A DNA stretch of 64,000 bases from Lama guanicoe (lineage: Eukaryota). Positions 39,464 through 51,558 of the stretch are shown here, one piece after another (the first letter of the stretch is position 1; every line of letters starts with the position of its first letter). The notes under the pieces were generated by a model that saw nothing but the letters and a program-made list of their open reading frames with translations, ran no database searches and had not been told where the DNA came from. The stretch lies in contig MU053472.1 of the NCBI GenBank assembly GCA_013239625.1, positions 1,815,236 to 1,879,235 of the forward strand, in the 5' to 3' direction. Made by a program: the position numbers and the translations under genes.

Positions 39464-39865
39464 GCCACAGCTCCATGCTGCCCGCTCGCGCCTTTGGAAA
39501 TGTGGCGGATGTTGCTAAAACCCAGCAAAGGGTGGCAGCCACCAACCCCACGAAGTGACCCAGTACAAGAAGGGCGAGAATGCTCTGTATGCCCACGGAC
39601 AGTGGTGTTATGACAGGGAGCAGAGGCGGTGGTAGGTAGACTAAGTCGATTTGCCCCCAAAAAAGCTAAGTCTACAAAGAAGATGGTTTTGAAGTTTGAA
39701 TATGTTGAGCCCAACTGCAGGACTCAGAGAATGTTGACCAGTAAAAGTCAGAAGCATCTTGAACTGGGAGGAGATAAGAGAGGGGACCAAGTGATCCAGT
39801 TCCAAGCTTCATGTTTCATTTTACTATGAAGAGTGTAAAATCTTGATGTTATGTTTAAAAACAAA
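39464..39865 (+). pseudogene. RPL36A: Processed pseudogene of 60S ribosomal protein L36a (eL42)
   Basis: Intronless CDS remnant at about 39502-39805 encoding [12 protein letters not shown] and [38 protein letters not shown]. The start is GTG, there are deletions, frameshifts and an internal TAG, and the stop has become CAA. RPL36A-like 3'UTR, A-rich tail, and TSD AAAGACGACAA (39453-39463) / AAAGACCACAA (39866-39876). Confidence 0.95.
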
Positions 39866-40134
39866 AAAGACCACAATTATACTGACTGTGCAGATTCCTG
39901 GTCATTTTCCTTATGGAGAGAAAGGTGCCCTCTGGTTTGGTGGGTCTACCTCCCTCTGCAAAGCAGAGAAAGATATGATCGCCCCGCCTGTGGCAGGAGA
40001 CCTGCAGACAGCCTTCCAGAGATTTTTTTTTTCCTGTAAGGTAACCTCTTCTTACTGAACTTTGTTATTTGTGCTGTCTTGGCATTGCAGGAGAGAATGC
40101 CTTTCTTTCTTCCTTCTTTTAAACATCTTCTTCT

Positions 40135-40305
40135 GGGGAGGTGGGGCAGGGTATAGCTCAGTGGTAGAGTGTGTGCTTAGAATGCACGAGGTCCTGGGTT
40201 TAATCCCCAGTTCCTCTATTAAAAAAGTAATAATAAATAAATAAATGAACCTAATGACCTCCTCCCCCCAAAGACAAAACAAACAAAATTACCTAAATAA
40301 ATAAA
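40135..40305 (+). mobile_element. Vic-1-like SINE
   Basis: GGGTATAGCTCAGTGGTAGAG head and AACCTAATGACCTCCTCCCCCC tail; TTCTTCT on both flanks (40128-40134 and 40306-40312). Confidence 0.92.
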
Positions 40306-41203
40306 TTCTTCTATCATCCTATTCAGACTCACAATTTTTTTCTCATCCTCCTGAGTTCATTAGCGCTCGCAAGAACCTTCTTAAGTTTTCTCCTCTGTCA
40401 ATTGTCCATAGAACTGTCTCTTCCTGTTGCTTCTGCAAGCAAGAATGGCCCTTTTCTGCTCCCCTCACTCCCCCATTACCTCATTTTAGAAGTCTGTTCT
40501 GATTATGATTCCTTCTTTTGTGTCTCTTCAGATATTCTGACTAACCTATTGTTACCATAGTGTTATGATGTAGGAGAGTGTCAGTCTGAACTCTCAATGT
40601 AGTCATTATGGTTCAAGGAAAGCAGAATGTTAGTAGCTAAATATCCCATGGGGTAGTCGGCCACCAGTTCCACTAGACTTTAAGAATATCACTCCTGCCT
40701 TTCTCGCTGGTTCAGATCTAGGTAAAATGACCTTCTCTCTCTGTTTTCTTGTTATGTTACAGTATTTATTACGACTATCATAGGGAAAGAGATGATTCAA
40801 TGTGCTTGAAAGCTCTAACCTCACCAGCCCCTCATCATTATGTGACAGCTCTTATTTACTCAACTTGGAATTCATAAGAGAAAGTAGCTTGGTACTTTTA
40901 AACAGACTGCACCTTCTTTATCGTTTGCTTTTACAGTAATCCCTAAAGCTCAGAGGCCCAGAGAAAGGTCCCTGAAATGTATTCTCTCTACCATATATGC
41001 CTTTAGAATTACTGCATTGGCTTATTGTTTTCTCATTTTTTGCTAAACTTCCCTATTTAACTCCATTATCAACTTTAATATCAGAACTCAACAGCATTTA
41101 TAAGATTCTTTAGTAACATGGTGAGGTCTGCACGTCTGTCTTCCCATTTGTGGGTAGAATCTGCTACTATTTTCCAAAGGAAATAAAAACCAACCAACCA
41201 ACA

Positions 41204-41367
41204 ACAGCAAAAATTTCAGGTCTCATCGCTGGTATCCCTTCACTGGTGATGAAGGAATTATGAGAAAACACAGCAAAAATTTCAGAACAATCCAGGTTCT
41301 GAAACTAACCAGCCTAAAGGTCTCATCGCTGGTATCCCTTCACTGGTGATGAAGGAATTATGAGAAA
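41204..41367. repeat. Complex local duplication (A-B-A-C-B)
   Basis: A 50-bp block is identical at 41218-41267 and 41318-41367; a 16-bp block is identical at 41204-41219 and 41270-41285. Confidence 0.95.
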
Positions 41368-41571
41368 GGAGAATAAACAGACAACAATCCATTCTTTTAG
41401 AAAAGCGGAGCAAGGGCTGAGTAAGTAAGCGTGGAGTTCATCCCCTAGGGCCGCCAGGTTCTCTGGGAGGACCTTTCCTGTAAATATCTGTCACACTGCC
41501 TTCCTTCCATTTTGTTTCGTTGTCCTTTGTTTTATTTTGAGCCAGCCATGTTTTTTGCTGGATGAGCATTA

Positions 41572-41660
41572 TAAAAAAGGAGGGAAAGAAGGGAGGGAGG
41601 GGTCGGAGGAAGGGAAGAAGGAGGGAAGGAAGGAAAGGAAAGAAGGAAAGCAAAGGAAAC
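41572..41660. repeat. Purine-rich (GGAA/GGGA)n low-complexity tract
   Basis: Direct reading. Confidence 0.85.
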
Positions 41661-42792
41661 CCATGAAATAAAGCAGAGGTTGTGAACTGAGAGTTGGAGC
41701 AAATGCAATATTTGGAGATAGAACTATTTATAAAAGTTTGGGCACTGACTCAGCCATGACATATTCACCTTTTTGGGAAAACTCAGGGAGATTTTTTGGC
41801 AAAACTCCATGATTTTGTTTGCACAGTTCTGGGGCAGAACTGCCACCGCAGACTTACACATTCTTGAGCACTAAAACATGGCTTCAGTTAATCACTGGAG
41901 TATTTATTATTTAATGTGTTTAATGTAAAAAGGAATAAAATCTATTGCAAATGCAGTTACTTGGCTCTAAATATGATTTTATTTTAAAAATGTACTCTTG
42001 AAGTGTTCTTTTGATTGAATGCAACTGTTTGTTTTGTGTTTTTAAATTTTGGCTTGCAAAAGGCAAATCATTTCAGAAATGTGTCCCTGTCTGCACTTTT
42101 CCTTGAAATCGTCTTTTGAATATGGAGAAGCGACCAATGAACAATACAGAGAATTTCTAATGAGGCATTTCAGGCCCCATGGAAGGTTTGTGCATGGTTC
42201 CCTCGTGTAAGATGACCTCAAAAGACATTTTCCTATACAGCAAAAAAAAAAAAAAAAAAGTGTGAGACGCTTACATATTTCGATGAAAGTGTTACTCCAT
42301 CCTACAGCACAGATGAAAGAAACTTTAACAGGGAGTAAAAAAAAATTAATGAACATAGTTTGATATGAATTTTTGTGAATGTTATCAGAGACAAGTTATG
42401 GGGGGAGCCAAGTGAGTTGATATCTTTATAGGAAAACTTGAATTGGAGCAATAAATACGTCTGGAGGCTTCGGTGACATCATAAAGTATTTGTGCTTGAG
42501 TCTTTGTGATTTATTACTTTATCAACAGAAGTAAGCATTTGTCTTCAGAAATGGATAATTCATACTTTAATCTTATTTTCCCTCTATTTAATCAAGCTTA
42601 AGTTACAGGTTAAAAGCGGTGGCAAACACAAAACAAAACAAAGCAAAAAAAAAAAAAAAGACTCCAGAAAAAGCGTAATATTTAACTTGAATCTTCATTT
42701 AAATTTGCCTCCCAGTGCTGGGGTTTTACATCTGTCCCAGGGCAAACACTTCTGGTATTTGTCAATAAGCAAAAGAAAAAGACTGGCTTTCA

Positions 42793-42828
42793 GAGAACAG
42801 GCATTTGATGAGAACAGGCATTTGATGA
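42793..42828. repeat. Perfect 17-bp tandem duplication GAGAACAGGCATTTGAT x2
   Basis: Copies at 42793-42809 and 42810-42826. Confidence 0.95.
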
Positions 42829-43766
42829 ACTGGCGACAGTCGTGCGAGCGAGAATGTTCAAATGACTTCAGCTCTTTCTAGCTTCATTATGTCGGGCTGG
42901 CGGATCATATATGGAAATCTGGAAATCAGCAAATGAAAACCATATTGATCAGCATTGAGAACAAATGTAAAAAAGGTGGTCTCGAAGAGGAGCGGAGGCA
43001 AAGAATGCTTCCCTGGTCAACCTGATAGGCCCTTGTTAAGGCCTTTTAATCATTTATTAACGTAACCCCCCCCTCTTCTTCCCTTTCCACTCAGATTACC
43101 TCAGCCACAGAGCATCCTGCTCCATTTATCTTTTAATGTTTCCTTTATTTAATTTATTTTTAAGCTCCAAGTTATACTCTTATTTCAGAATTGAGTTTTA
43201 CTTTTTATGGGATTGTTTTAAGTGACTGAAATGACTTTTCCCAACAAGCTCACCAGGCATTCAAAGGAGAAAAGCATTTGCTGAGATTCACCTATCAGCA
43301 AATAATTTACTTGGTATGCACCGCAACCAAAAGCAGGGAGACAGAGAGAGACAGGCAGACATAAAAAAAAAGAGAGAGAGAGAGAGATGACAGAGCAAAA
43401 TCTGAGTTGTTCCTAAACCTAATTCTCTGGGTTAACGGGAGGGTCAGTGTTTCCATTTTAAAGTTTTCTGTCATCCCCACCCCCCCCCGGGTTGCCTTTT
43501 TTCTTGGGACAATTCTTTCAAATTCTTTCAGGTCCTTTCCTCCCTCATTCTGTGACTAACAGAGGAAGCTGGAGTGGTCTCTCATCTTGTTGCTGTGGGA
43601 GGAACATGGGAGTAATGCCGGGTCTCCCTGAACGAGAGAGAACAGGGGGTCTGGGCTCGACCTCCGGGCTCCTCACCTGAAATGCATCTTGGGTCTGTGG
43701 GTTGCTGCTTTCCTAAATCACATTCAAACCTGGGTCTGACCCGGCTTGTTTCTCTCCCCGCCTCTT

Positions 43767-43807
43767 CCCCCCCCCCCCCTCTCATCCCCCCCCCCCCCCC
43801 CCCCCCC
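43767..43807. repeat. Poly(C) tracts C13 and C22
   Basis: Direct reading. Confidence 0.9.
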
Positions 43808-45484
43808 TGACCTCTTTATGTATCGTTCCTCATTTGGTCAAAACTTTCAAAGATATTTTTCATGCGGGGCCGTGTCCTTCTGTAGTTGATGAGTTACCTG
43901 TGGATGTGATCCTTTGGGACACTGATGGGTGTGGGACAGTAATTGTCTCTCCCCAACTTGGGAGCATAAATCACTCCTTAAAACAATCAATGTACACAAA
44001 AGAAATCAGAGTTAGAGATTGAAGTTCATGCCCTGAAACTGGTGTGTACAAACCAAGTATATATGATGGACTCTTTCAGGAGATATTTAGCAAATTGATG
44101 AAATTGATTTTTCTAATTTTTTCCCCCTTTGAAATCAAAACCCCCAAAACTCATCAACGTGAAAACAGTTAGGGTATCACTTTGCTATAAATTTAACATC
44201 AAATTCTGAAATAGATATTCATTTAAAAACGTGGTTAAGCTCTGGGTGCTGGGGGCAATCAAATCGCTGAACTTTGTTTCTGTTCCGGACTCCTCGTCTG
44301 TGGCCGTTTGGGCATGATTATTTTTATCTTAGCTTCCCTACGTTTGCTTTTCTTTCCCGTGCATTTTGAGGGGCTATCTCTGATCGATTTGGATATCAAA
44401 AGATGCACAGCGTGGAGGTCTAATCCATCTAAATAGAATCAGGAATTTATTTTATTTTGGTTCTCCCCAGGTACTCCAAAGATATATTCAATAATGGATT
44501 TGAAAAAAAAAGAAAACTCCATGTATAAAATCTGTTTTATTTTTCCTTCTCACATACTCATTGATTTCTAAGTGCTTTTCCTCATAGACTCACATTACTG
44601 TCCCACGTTCCTTTCTGGGCTCTACATCAAACAGTGTAGGAATTACAGCAGGAGTGCTATCCGTGGAAGGCTCACTCTCCTTGTTTGTTGCAGAAGAGCA
44701 GAACATTAAACAGTGAGTGAACTATGCAGAAACGCTCTCCCTCTCTGGCTTTTTTACTCTCTGCCTCCCTCCCTTCCTCTTTTATTTTTTTTTTTTCCCA
44801 CTCTTCCCACTCCTTCTCTTCCTCTCTTTCTCTCTCTCTCTCTCCGTTCCCAATGGGAGTGTTGTTTATAGAGCATTATAATTTATAACTGAAGAGAGTG
44901 GATTTAATTTCAGTGGAGAGGCTCGCCAGCAGGGCGCCAGCCTGCAATCATATGAATCAGCAAGCTGCAAACTCTATTGAATGGAAAGTATTATCGCTGG
45001 CCACAAACGGACACTGTGCCTCCTGAACAACTCCCTTGGTGCAGGAAGACCTTGTCTTCATTCATCTATTTTACATATCTACTTCTGTTTTAATTTTGCC
45101 ATTTCCTAAAAGTGTTTTCTCTTTAGACTGCAACTTTTCTCTGCCTTATTTCCTGACCCGACATTGGAAACTGCTATTTGTATATTTCTGGCTAGTTTGA
45201 TATTTCTTCCATCACCATCCTTAGCATGTATGACTTTAGTTTTCCCTTCGCTTCTCTTTCCTGCACACAAGTTTTTTTTTCTTTATTAATGGGAGCCGTT
45301 AAACATGCAAACAAGACTATGATGAACCATTAGCATTAATATTGTAAAATGCTAGTCAATTTCAGTCACCTAGAGTTTTATTTAATCGTGGATATTTTGT
45401 TTGTTCTCAGATTTTTTTTCTGTATTCATAGCAAGATTTATCTTCTTGCCCTTCAAACATCTTAGAGATGCTTTCTTATTCTTT

Positions 45485-45526
45485 TTTTTTTAATTGAAGT
45501 ATAAGTTGATTTACAACATTGTGTTG
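45485..45526 (-). mobile_element. Extremely 5'-truncated (about 42 bp) L1-type 3' end insertion
   Basis: T-tract plus AATTGAAGTATAAGTTGATTTACAACATTGTGTT. 16-bp TSD TGCTTTCTTATTCTTT (45469-45484) / TGCTTTCTCATTCTTT (45527-45542). Confidence 0.88.
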
Positions 45527-48500
45527 TGCTTTCTCATTCTTTATGTGACCCATCCAATCTCTTGTAATGTTAGTATCTGCGCCTTTGTAAAGCCAAGGTT
45601 TTTTTTAAGTGTTTCAGTCATTTTTCAGAAAGAGTGCTAGAAATGTGCATGACTTTTTTGTGGCTAGTATTTGTTTTAATCCACCATCGGCTGCTTTCAT
45701 GTAGTTCAGCTAAATCTCTGAGTCATTTTGAAAAATCAGGTTAAACCTACAAGGCTGGTACCTTTTTCGGAAGTATTTTACTGAATTCATGTAGCTATTA
45801 TAATGTTGGTAACTTAGGTAGCGAGTCTTTACACTGAGATTTGACAGTTTGCATGAATCGTGCCTCAAATATCAGTCTGTCTTCATCCAGACTTTTGAAT
45901 AATTTCAACACTCAGGTCTCAGCAGTGCAATTCAAGTTGCACTATAGCCTGATTCTGATACTTGCTTAAAGGGAGAGAGGAATAGTTCACAAGGCACCAA
46001 GGAAGCGCCAGTAAAGGGATTTATTTAGACATAATTGGAAAAGCCAGACTAGTCTGACTTCATTTGTTTAAAATAAAGGTCTTATATATTTAGAAAATAT
46101 TAACGAATGCAAAAGTTAGCAAATAACCAAAATGCTGAAAGCTCAGAAAATTGCTATGAAGTTCACATGCTTTTTTGTCAGAAACGTGCTTATTTCCTTG
46201 TATGTGTCTAAGGGGAAATTATGTATCCGCTGGCATATTTTCTTGACACAAGGTAACATCAACAAATCAAAATATATGTAACCATAATTTTTCTCATTTA
46301 AAGCTCAAACTGATGAATCCATATGTCTTCATAAATTTTCTCCTTTAAAGTCTGAGAATAGAGTTACAGTCCTCACTGTCTCAGCTAGGAATTTTTTTTG
46401 TCTTTGATTACTTAATAAGAATTACACATAGGAACAGAAAATCAATATGCTTACTTCTGCTTATTTTCAAAATTGAGCATTGCTCTGTATTAATATCAGA
46501 GGAGGCAGACTGAGCGTCAGCTTAGATTCTGTTTGGTTTAATTTTAAATTCCTTGTGGTGGCAGTTGTCACCTCTAACAGCAGTGAATTAGCAGCAGAAG
46601 CGAAATTTCTTATCCCTCTGTTTTTATTCCAAGAAGTAGTAGAGGAAATGAGGAAGAAAATGGTGAGGTGACTGCAGATGAATGTATTTCTAAATGCTTT
46701 TAGTCCTGACTTAAAACCAGGTGGTAAGCCTGACTCATGATATTTGGATTTTTTATTGAATTAAGATTAGCAAAAGGACAGGCAGTTCCCTAATGAACAT
46801 CTTTCTGCAGGGATCTTGTGCATTTGTAACATCCTTGAGGAGGTGGGAGGACTCCAGGGAAGGACAAACATTTGCGCAAGGTTGAAACGAAGCAACAACA
46901 GTGAAAAGGCCCTTGGCTTCATCCGTTTCTTTTCAGAGGCAGGGAAAGGGAGGACCTTTGGCTTTTCACTTGAGTTGTGTGGGCTTAGTTATTGAGTTTC
47001 TTTGGTGTGTTTTTACCTAAAAGATGCCCCCCTCTCTACCCACAATGCAATGTAAGGTTCAAGACAAACATGGCTCATTCATGCTTTATTCTGCTGAATT
47101 CCTATTTTTAAAAGATTCTACCAGAAGAATTCTCAAAACCCAACCCTAGATCAGACGAGCTCTGTTTGCCTGAATATTGCATGCAAAGGATTAGTTTCTT
47201 AACTTGGTGCCCACAGGTAAGTGAATTCCTTTGGGAATTTTCTGCAGTTGAAGTAGAAGGAAACAATGTGGTCGCTACCTATGACTCAAATTTTAAACAT
47301 ATATTGAAAATAGAATCATCTGTAAATACATTTGCCCCAAATCTTTATCTGCTTACCAGAGTCAAAACTCGAAATTAAGTGCAGGAAAGTAGAGTTCACT
47401 AAAAAGTTGTTTTTTCATGGTCTAAAGCAGGTTGGTGGTTTTCTGTTTGCTTTGCTTTGCTTTGCACAATTATCGCACGTTACAGCGATCTGATCCCTTG
47501 ATCAGAAAACCTTGATGAAATGGTCTGAATGGATTTTTTTCAGTGTTGCTAGGTGCCCTTGTGGAAGTCCCTGCCCTGGACATACAGGGGATATGTTGCA
47601 TTCACGTAATTGCTATTGGCTTCCTTGATTGTTCATATCCAAAGTTTCCAGGCGTTGCTTTAACAGAACGCGCTCTGGCATCAAGGCCGACAGCTATGTT
47701 TCCCCTCCCTGTAAACCCTGCTTCTGGACCGTGTGCTTGGCTGACTTAGCAAAGCTTAGAAGTCAGCTGCGTCTGTGTGAGCCAGCTCTGCTTTGACTGG
47801 GAGCAATTGAGAACACCATTTGTTTTCTTTCCTAAATATCACCAAAGTTTTATTTTCCATTCAGTGGGTTTTTTGTTTTTGTTTTTGTTTTGTTTTTGTT
47901 TTTGTTTTTTGCTTTGGGCTAAGGGTTTACTAATTTTTCTAAACATCTATACATACTTCCAAAATATAAAAAAGGTCATGGCCTTATTATAACGCTGCGA
48001 TCCCTCTAGTTAAAACTGTGACCTTGGTCGGGGGAGGGGGAGAGGCCGGACTGGTGGCTGCTTTCCTCACTATTTGGAGCTTTGATGTGTCCCTGCAACT
48101 GATAGAAATGCAGGGGGCGGGGGCGGGGTGGGGGGAGCCTTCTGGGAGAGGCAGCTGGCTGGCAGCGACAGATTAAAATATTTCTGACCCACAAAAGTAA
48201 CCAAATGCCCATATTTCTTCATTTAACATAATTAATACCTTGTATTTCCACTGACTTTGATAAAGTGGCCTTTCTCCTCCCACCCCATCCCCCTTCCCTC
48301 TGTCAACTTGGGGAAGACTGCAAGCGATCTAGAGTTAAAATATTCTACAGATGATGAAGGACAGCATGTCTTAGAAAAGCTAACATCAAAAGTCTCAATT
48401 AGGTTGTTGCCTTGCAGGAAGCTTATAACCACATTAAAATGGAAGTTATTTCATTTTTAGTAGACTGTGTCTGAGCAGCGAGGGTTGCAATCTAGGAGCA

Positions 48501-51424
48501 ATATGAAACACTTTGGTTCGGCTGCCAAGTAAATCCACATTTTGTTATAAATGTGTAATTACAGGAAATATATGAAAAGAAAAGTGTTAAGCATTTCTTA
48601 TCAAATATTGTTCAAGAGGAATTTGGTGCCTTTAGCTTTGTAGCCTGGGATGGATTTTGGTCATGTTACAAGGTCTACTTGTTGCCTTTAATTTGAAGCA
48701 GTTGTTCTTAGAGCGTTATCACAGAGCACAGTGTTTTTTCGGTTCTTTAAAAGACAGAGAAAGTGGCACGAAACACGCCGATAGGTTTGTATTTGATCGA
48801 TCACATGATCTTATTTTCCTTTGATTTTGCACCTCAGTGTACACATTCCTGAGTGAAAACACGGACGATGTCTTTATTTTAAACAATCTAGTAACGGTGG
48901 AGCCAGCCATCTGGAAAGGTGATGTCAGCTGAGGGCAAGGGTGGTTGCTGGTTGAGGGTAGTCATCTGTTCCTTCCCCCGCCACACACACACCAGCCTCC
49001 GCAAATCCAGTTTCATGGTGCCTGAGTTGCTGTTTGGTGGGTTGAACTCATTCTCTTCAGCTGATATTTAACTAGTAGTTTGTGCTGGAGAAGTATCAGT
49101 GCTGCCTTCTCTGGCCTTTCCAAACATGATCGCCAAAGGCGAGCGGCCCTGATCTTCTCCGATGGGCAGGATTCAACTCTCTGTCAGAGGTGGGGGAAAG
49201 CACACGTTTAATGCCATAACGAAATCGGATTCCTCCCTCTAAGAAATCCTAAATTTGTGCCTGATGGCCAGATAAATGTGGTGCTGATTCCCATCTACAG
49301 GCTGACTGTAGATCTGGTTCATAGAATATAGAATTTGGTCTCTGGGTAGATGATGTTCCTCCCCCAGATGATGCGTAGGTATCCTGGTCCTGCTTTATTT
49401 TTCCCTTCCATAAAAATTGAAGACCTCCCATTGGCGATTACCTTGAGTGAGTACACCGACCGTGACCGCCACGTGTCAGGAGCCGTGTTCTTACAGGAAT
49501 ATGCATGCTTCAGGGAGATCCTGACTCCCTGTGAGACATGGGGCAGGTAGAGAATCATTTCATGAGGCGGGGCTTGCAGTGGAATCGTGCAGGCGCTCCT
49601 GATGCCTGGCTTTGGTTTTGTTTTTAATTCCGATCCAAGAGATGTTTCAAATGCATCTGCCTCCACAGAAAGAGAATTTTCTCATATTATACGGCAACAG
49701 AGAAAGGACAGATAGGCACCCCATATTTTATCTGGAGATGTCCTGACGGCATTCCTCGCTGCCTTTTTCCATGCCCCAGCCAGCTGTACAGCAGCAAGAC
49801 AGATGATCCCAGTAACAAACCTTATTGGTATGGTTCACTGAGTTTTTTGGACTCTGCATTTATTTTAGCGGACTTCTCTGATGGCTTTTTGCAGTTTTCA
49901 GCTCTTTGTTGTTGAAAACAAAAATAATAAGTAAGCCAGTTTCGGGATCTCTCTCTCTCTCTCTGTAACTGATTCCACGTCCCGGTGCCCTCCTTGGGGA
50001 GGGGCCCCTCCTAATGGAATGTGAGGGAGAAAAGGGTACTGTTTCCGTTCTTAGTGTCTTATTATTTGAGGCATTCAAGAGGATCAACATGGTATTTGAA
50101 TTTTTTCCTGAAAAAAAAGTTCTATACAGACATATCTTATTCAAGTTGTATACATAGGTCTGTAAGTTTGGTCTTACTTTCTGAAAGATCAGGGCAACCT
50201 TTTATCCACATTGAACACATTTTGGTTGAACACCTGTTGTGCAGTGTAACAGTGAATCCTTAGAATGGCTTTACTGCCAGAGTAGATGATCTTGTTCCTC
50301 TTACACGAGTGCAGCACACATGATAAACGTTACTGAATAAGACATTTCTGCTGCACTAAAATTTAAGGGATCAATGTGTCTAAACTCTCAGGAGACGGGA
50401 TAGTTCCTCCTAACAGTTGACCCCCCGGTATTTTAGGTTGGAAGGAGTAACTACAGTACATTGTTCCAATGCAGAGTTGCTCAGATTTTTTTTTTTTTAC
50501 TTAAAATTTTCATTCCAGAGTCCTTTCTGGAATGTGGGTTAAGAAGTGGTAATATTCCATTTATCCAGGAGTCAAAGAAACAAACACAACTTCAAATAAA
50601 CCGAAGACTTAACTGAAGTGACCATATTGTTGGCCACTAAAATCAATGATAAAGATGTGACTTCTTTTTTCTTGAGACACTGATATTGGAAAATTTATAA
50701 AACCTTGAAGACAAAGCAATGAAAGTACCATGGAAGCATGTGATTGTGAAACAGTGGCAAGATACTGAATTGTCTTCTAAATCGTCAAAGAATTATTAAA
50801 TTTGGCTCAATACAGAGTCTGTATTAAGTGTCCACATAATTTTCTAATTCCTCACTGGTTAGTATCTGCGTATGATAGCTGCAATGATTCTTCATTAATG
50901 AGAGTGTTGTTCTGTGAGCCCCCACGTTGTAATTTCCTGGTTAGACCACCTGCTGATCTGTTAGGAGAAGGCAGAGCTGAGCCGACCCGACCTGGGCACA
51001 CAGACTGGAAGGAGGTGATCCCTAGTTGGTCCCCCACGCAGGTGTCGTCCGGGAAGCAGAGCTGAGCTGGCCTCCTGGGACAGTGCCTCCAGTGATAGCT
51101 TCTTACCTTGTCTCTTATAGTTTCTGCAGTTACCTAATTTGTTCCAAAGGAAGCCTTGTTAGGGCGCAGAGTACTTGGAGACTTTTTTTTCTCAGAGGGA
51201 GCCCCAGGATCCAAAGGAATTAGCACAGACCCACCTGAGCTCCCAGATGCTCTCTGGAAAACAGCAGCCTTACTGCCCCACCTTATTCAGCTTGGCCACG
51301 CCTACTTCAAGAGTGTCAGGCACTCTGAGGGCATTTGTGGGAGTTTTTAAAAAAACATACTCAATTATAGAGAACGCTTCACTTACCTTTTCTCGATTCT
51401 TGAATGGACTCAGGCAGGAATTAT

Positions 51425-51558
51425 GATCTTATATTTTATAGAGGAGCAAACTGAGGCTTAGAGATGTTAAGTAATTTGAACGTATGGACCGAGTGCTAAA
51501 GCTGGGAGTCAAACTGAGGTTCTGTAAATCCAAATTCCACCACCATGTGACACTGCCC
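51425..51558 (-). mobile_element. MIR relic
   Basis: ATTTTATAGAGGAGCAAACTGAGGCTTAGAGATGTTAAGTAATTTG. Confidence 0.8.

Noticed and set aside
41204..41367. CRISPR-like repeat-spacer reading
   Set aside because: Only two copies in a mammalian context with no cas genes; explained by local duplication.
44922..44940. CTCF-like CCAGCAGGGCGCCA
   Set aside because: Departs from the core at high-information positions; cannot be supported without a PWM score or ChIP data.
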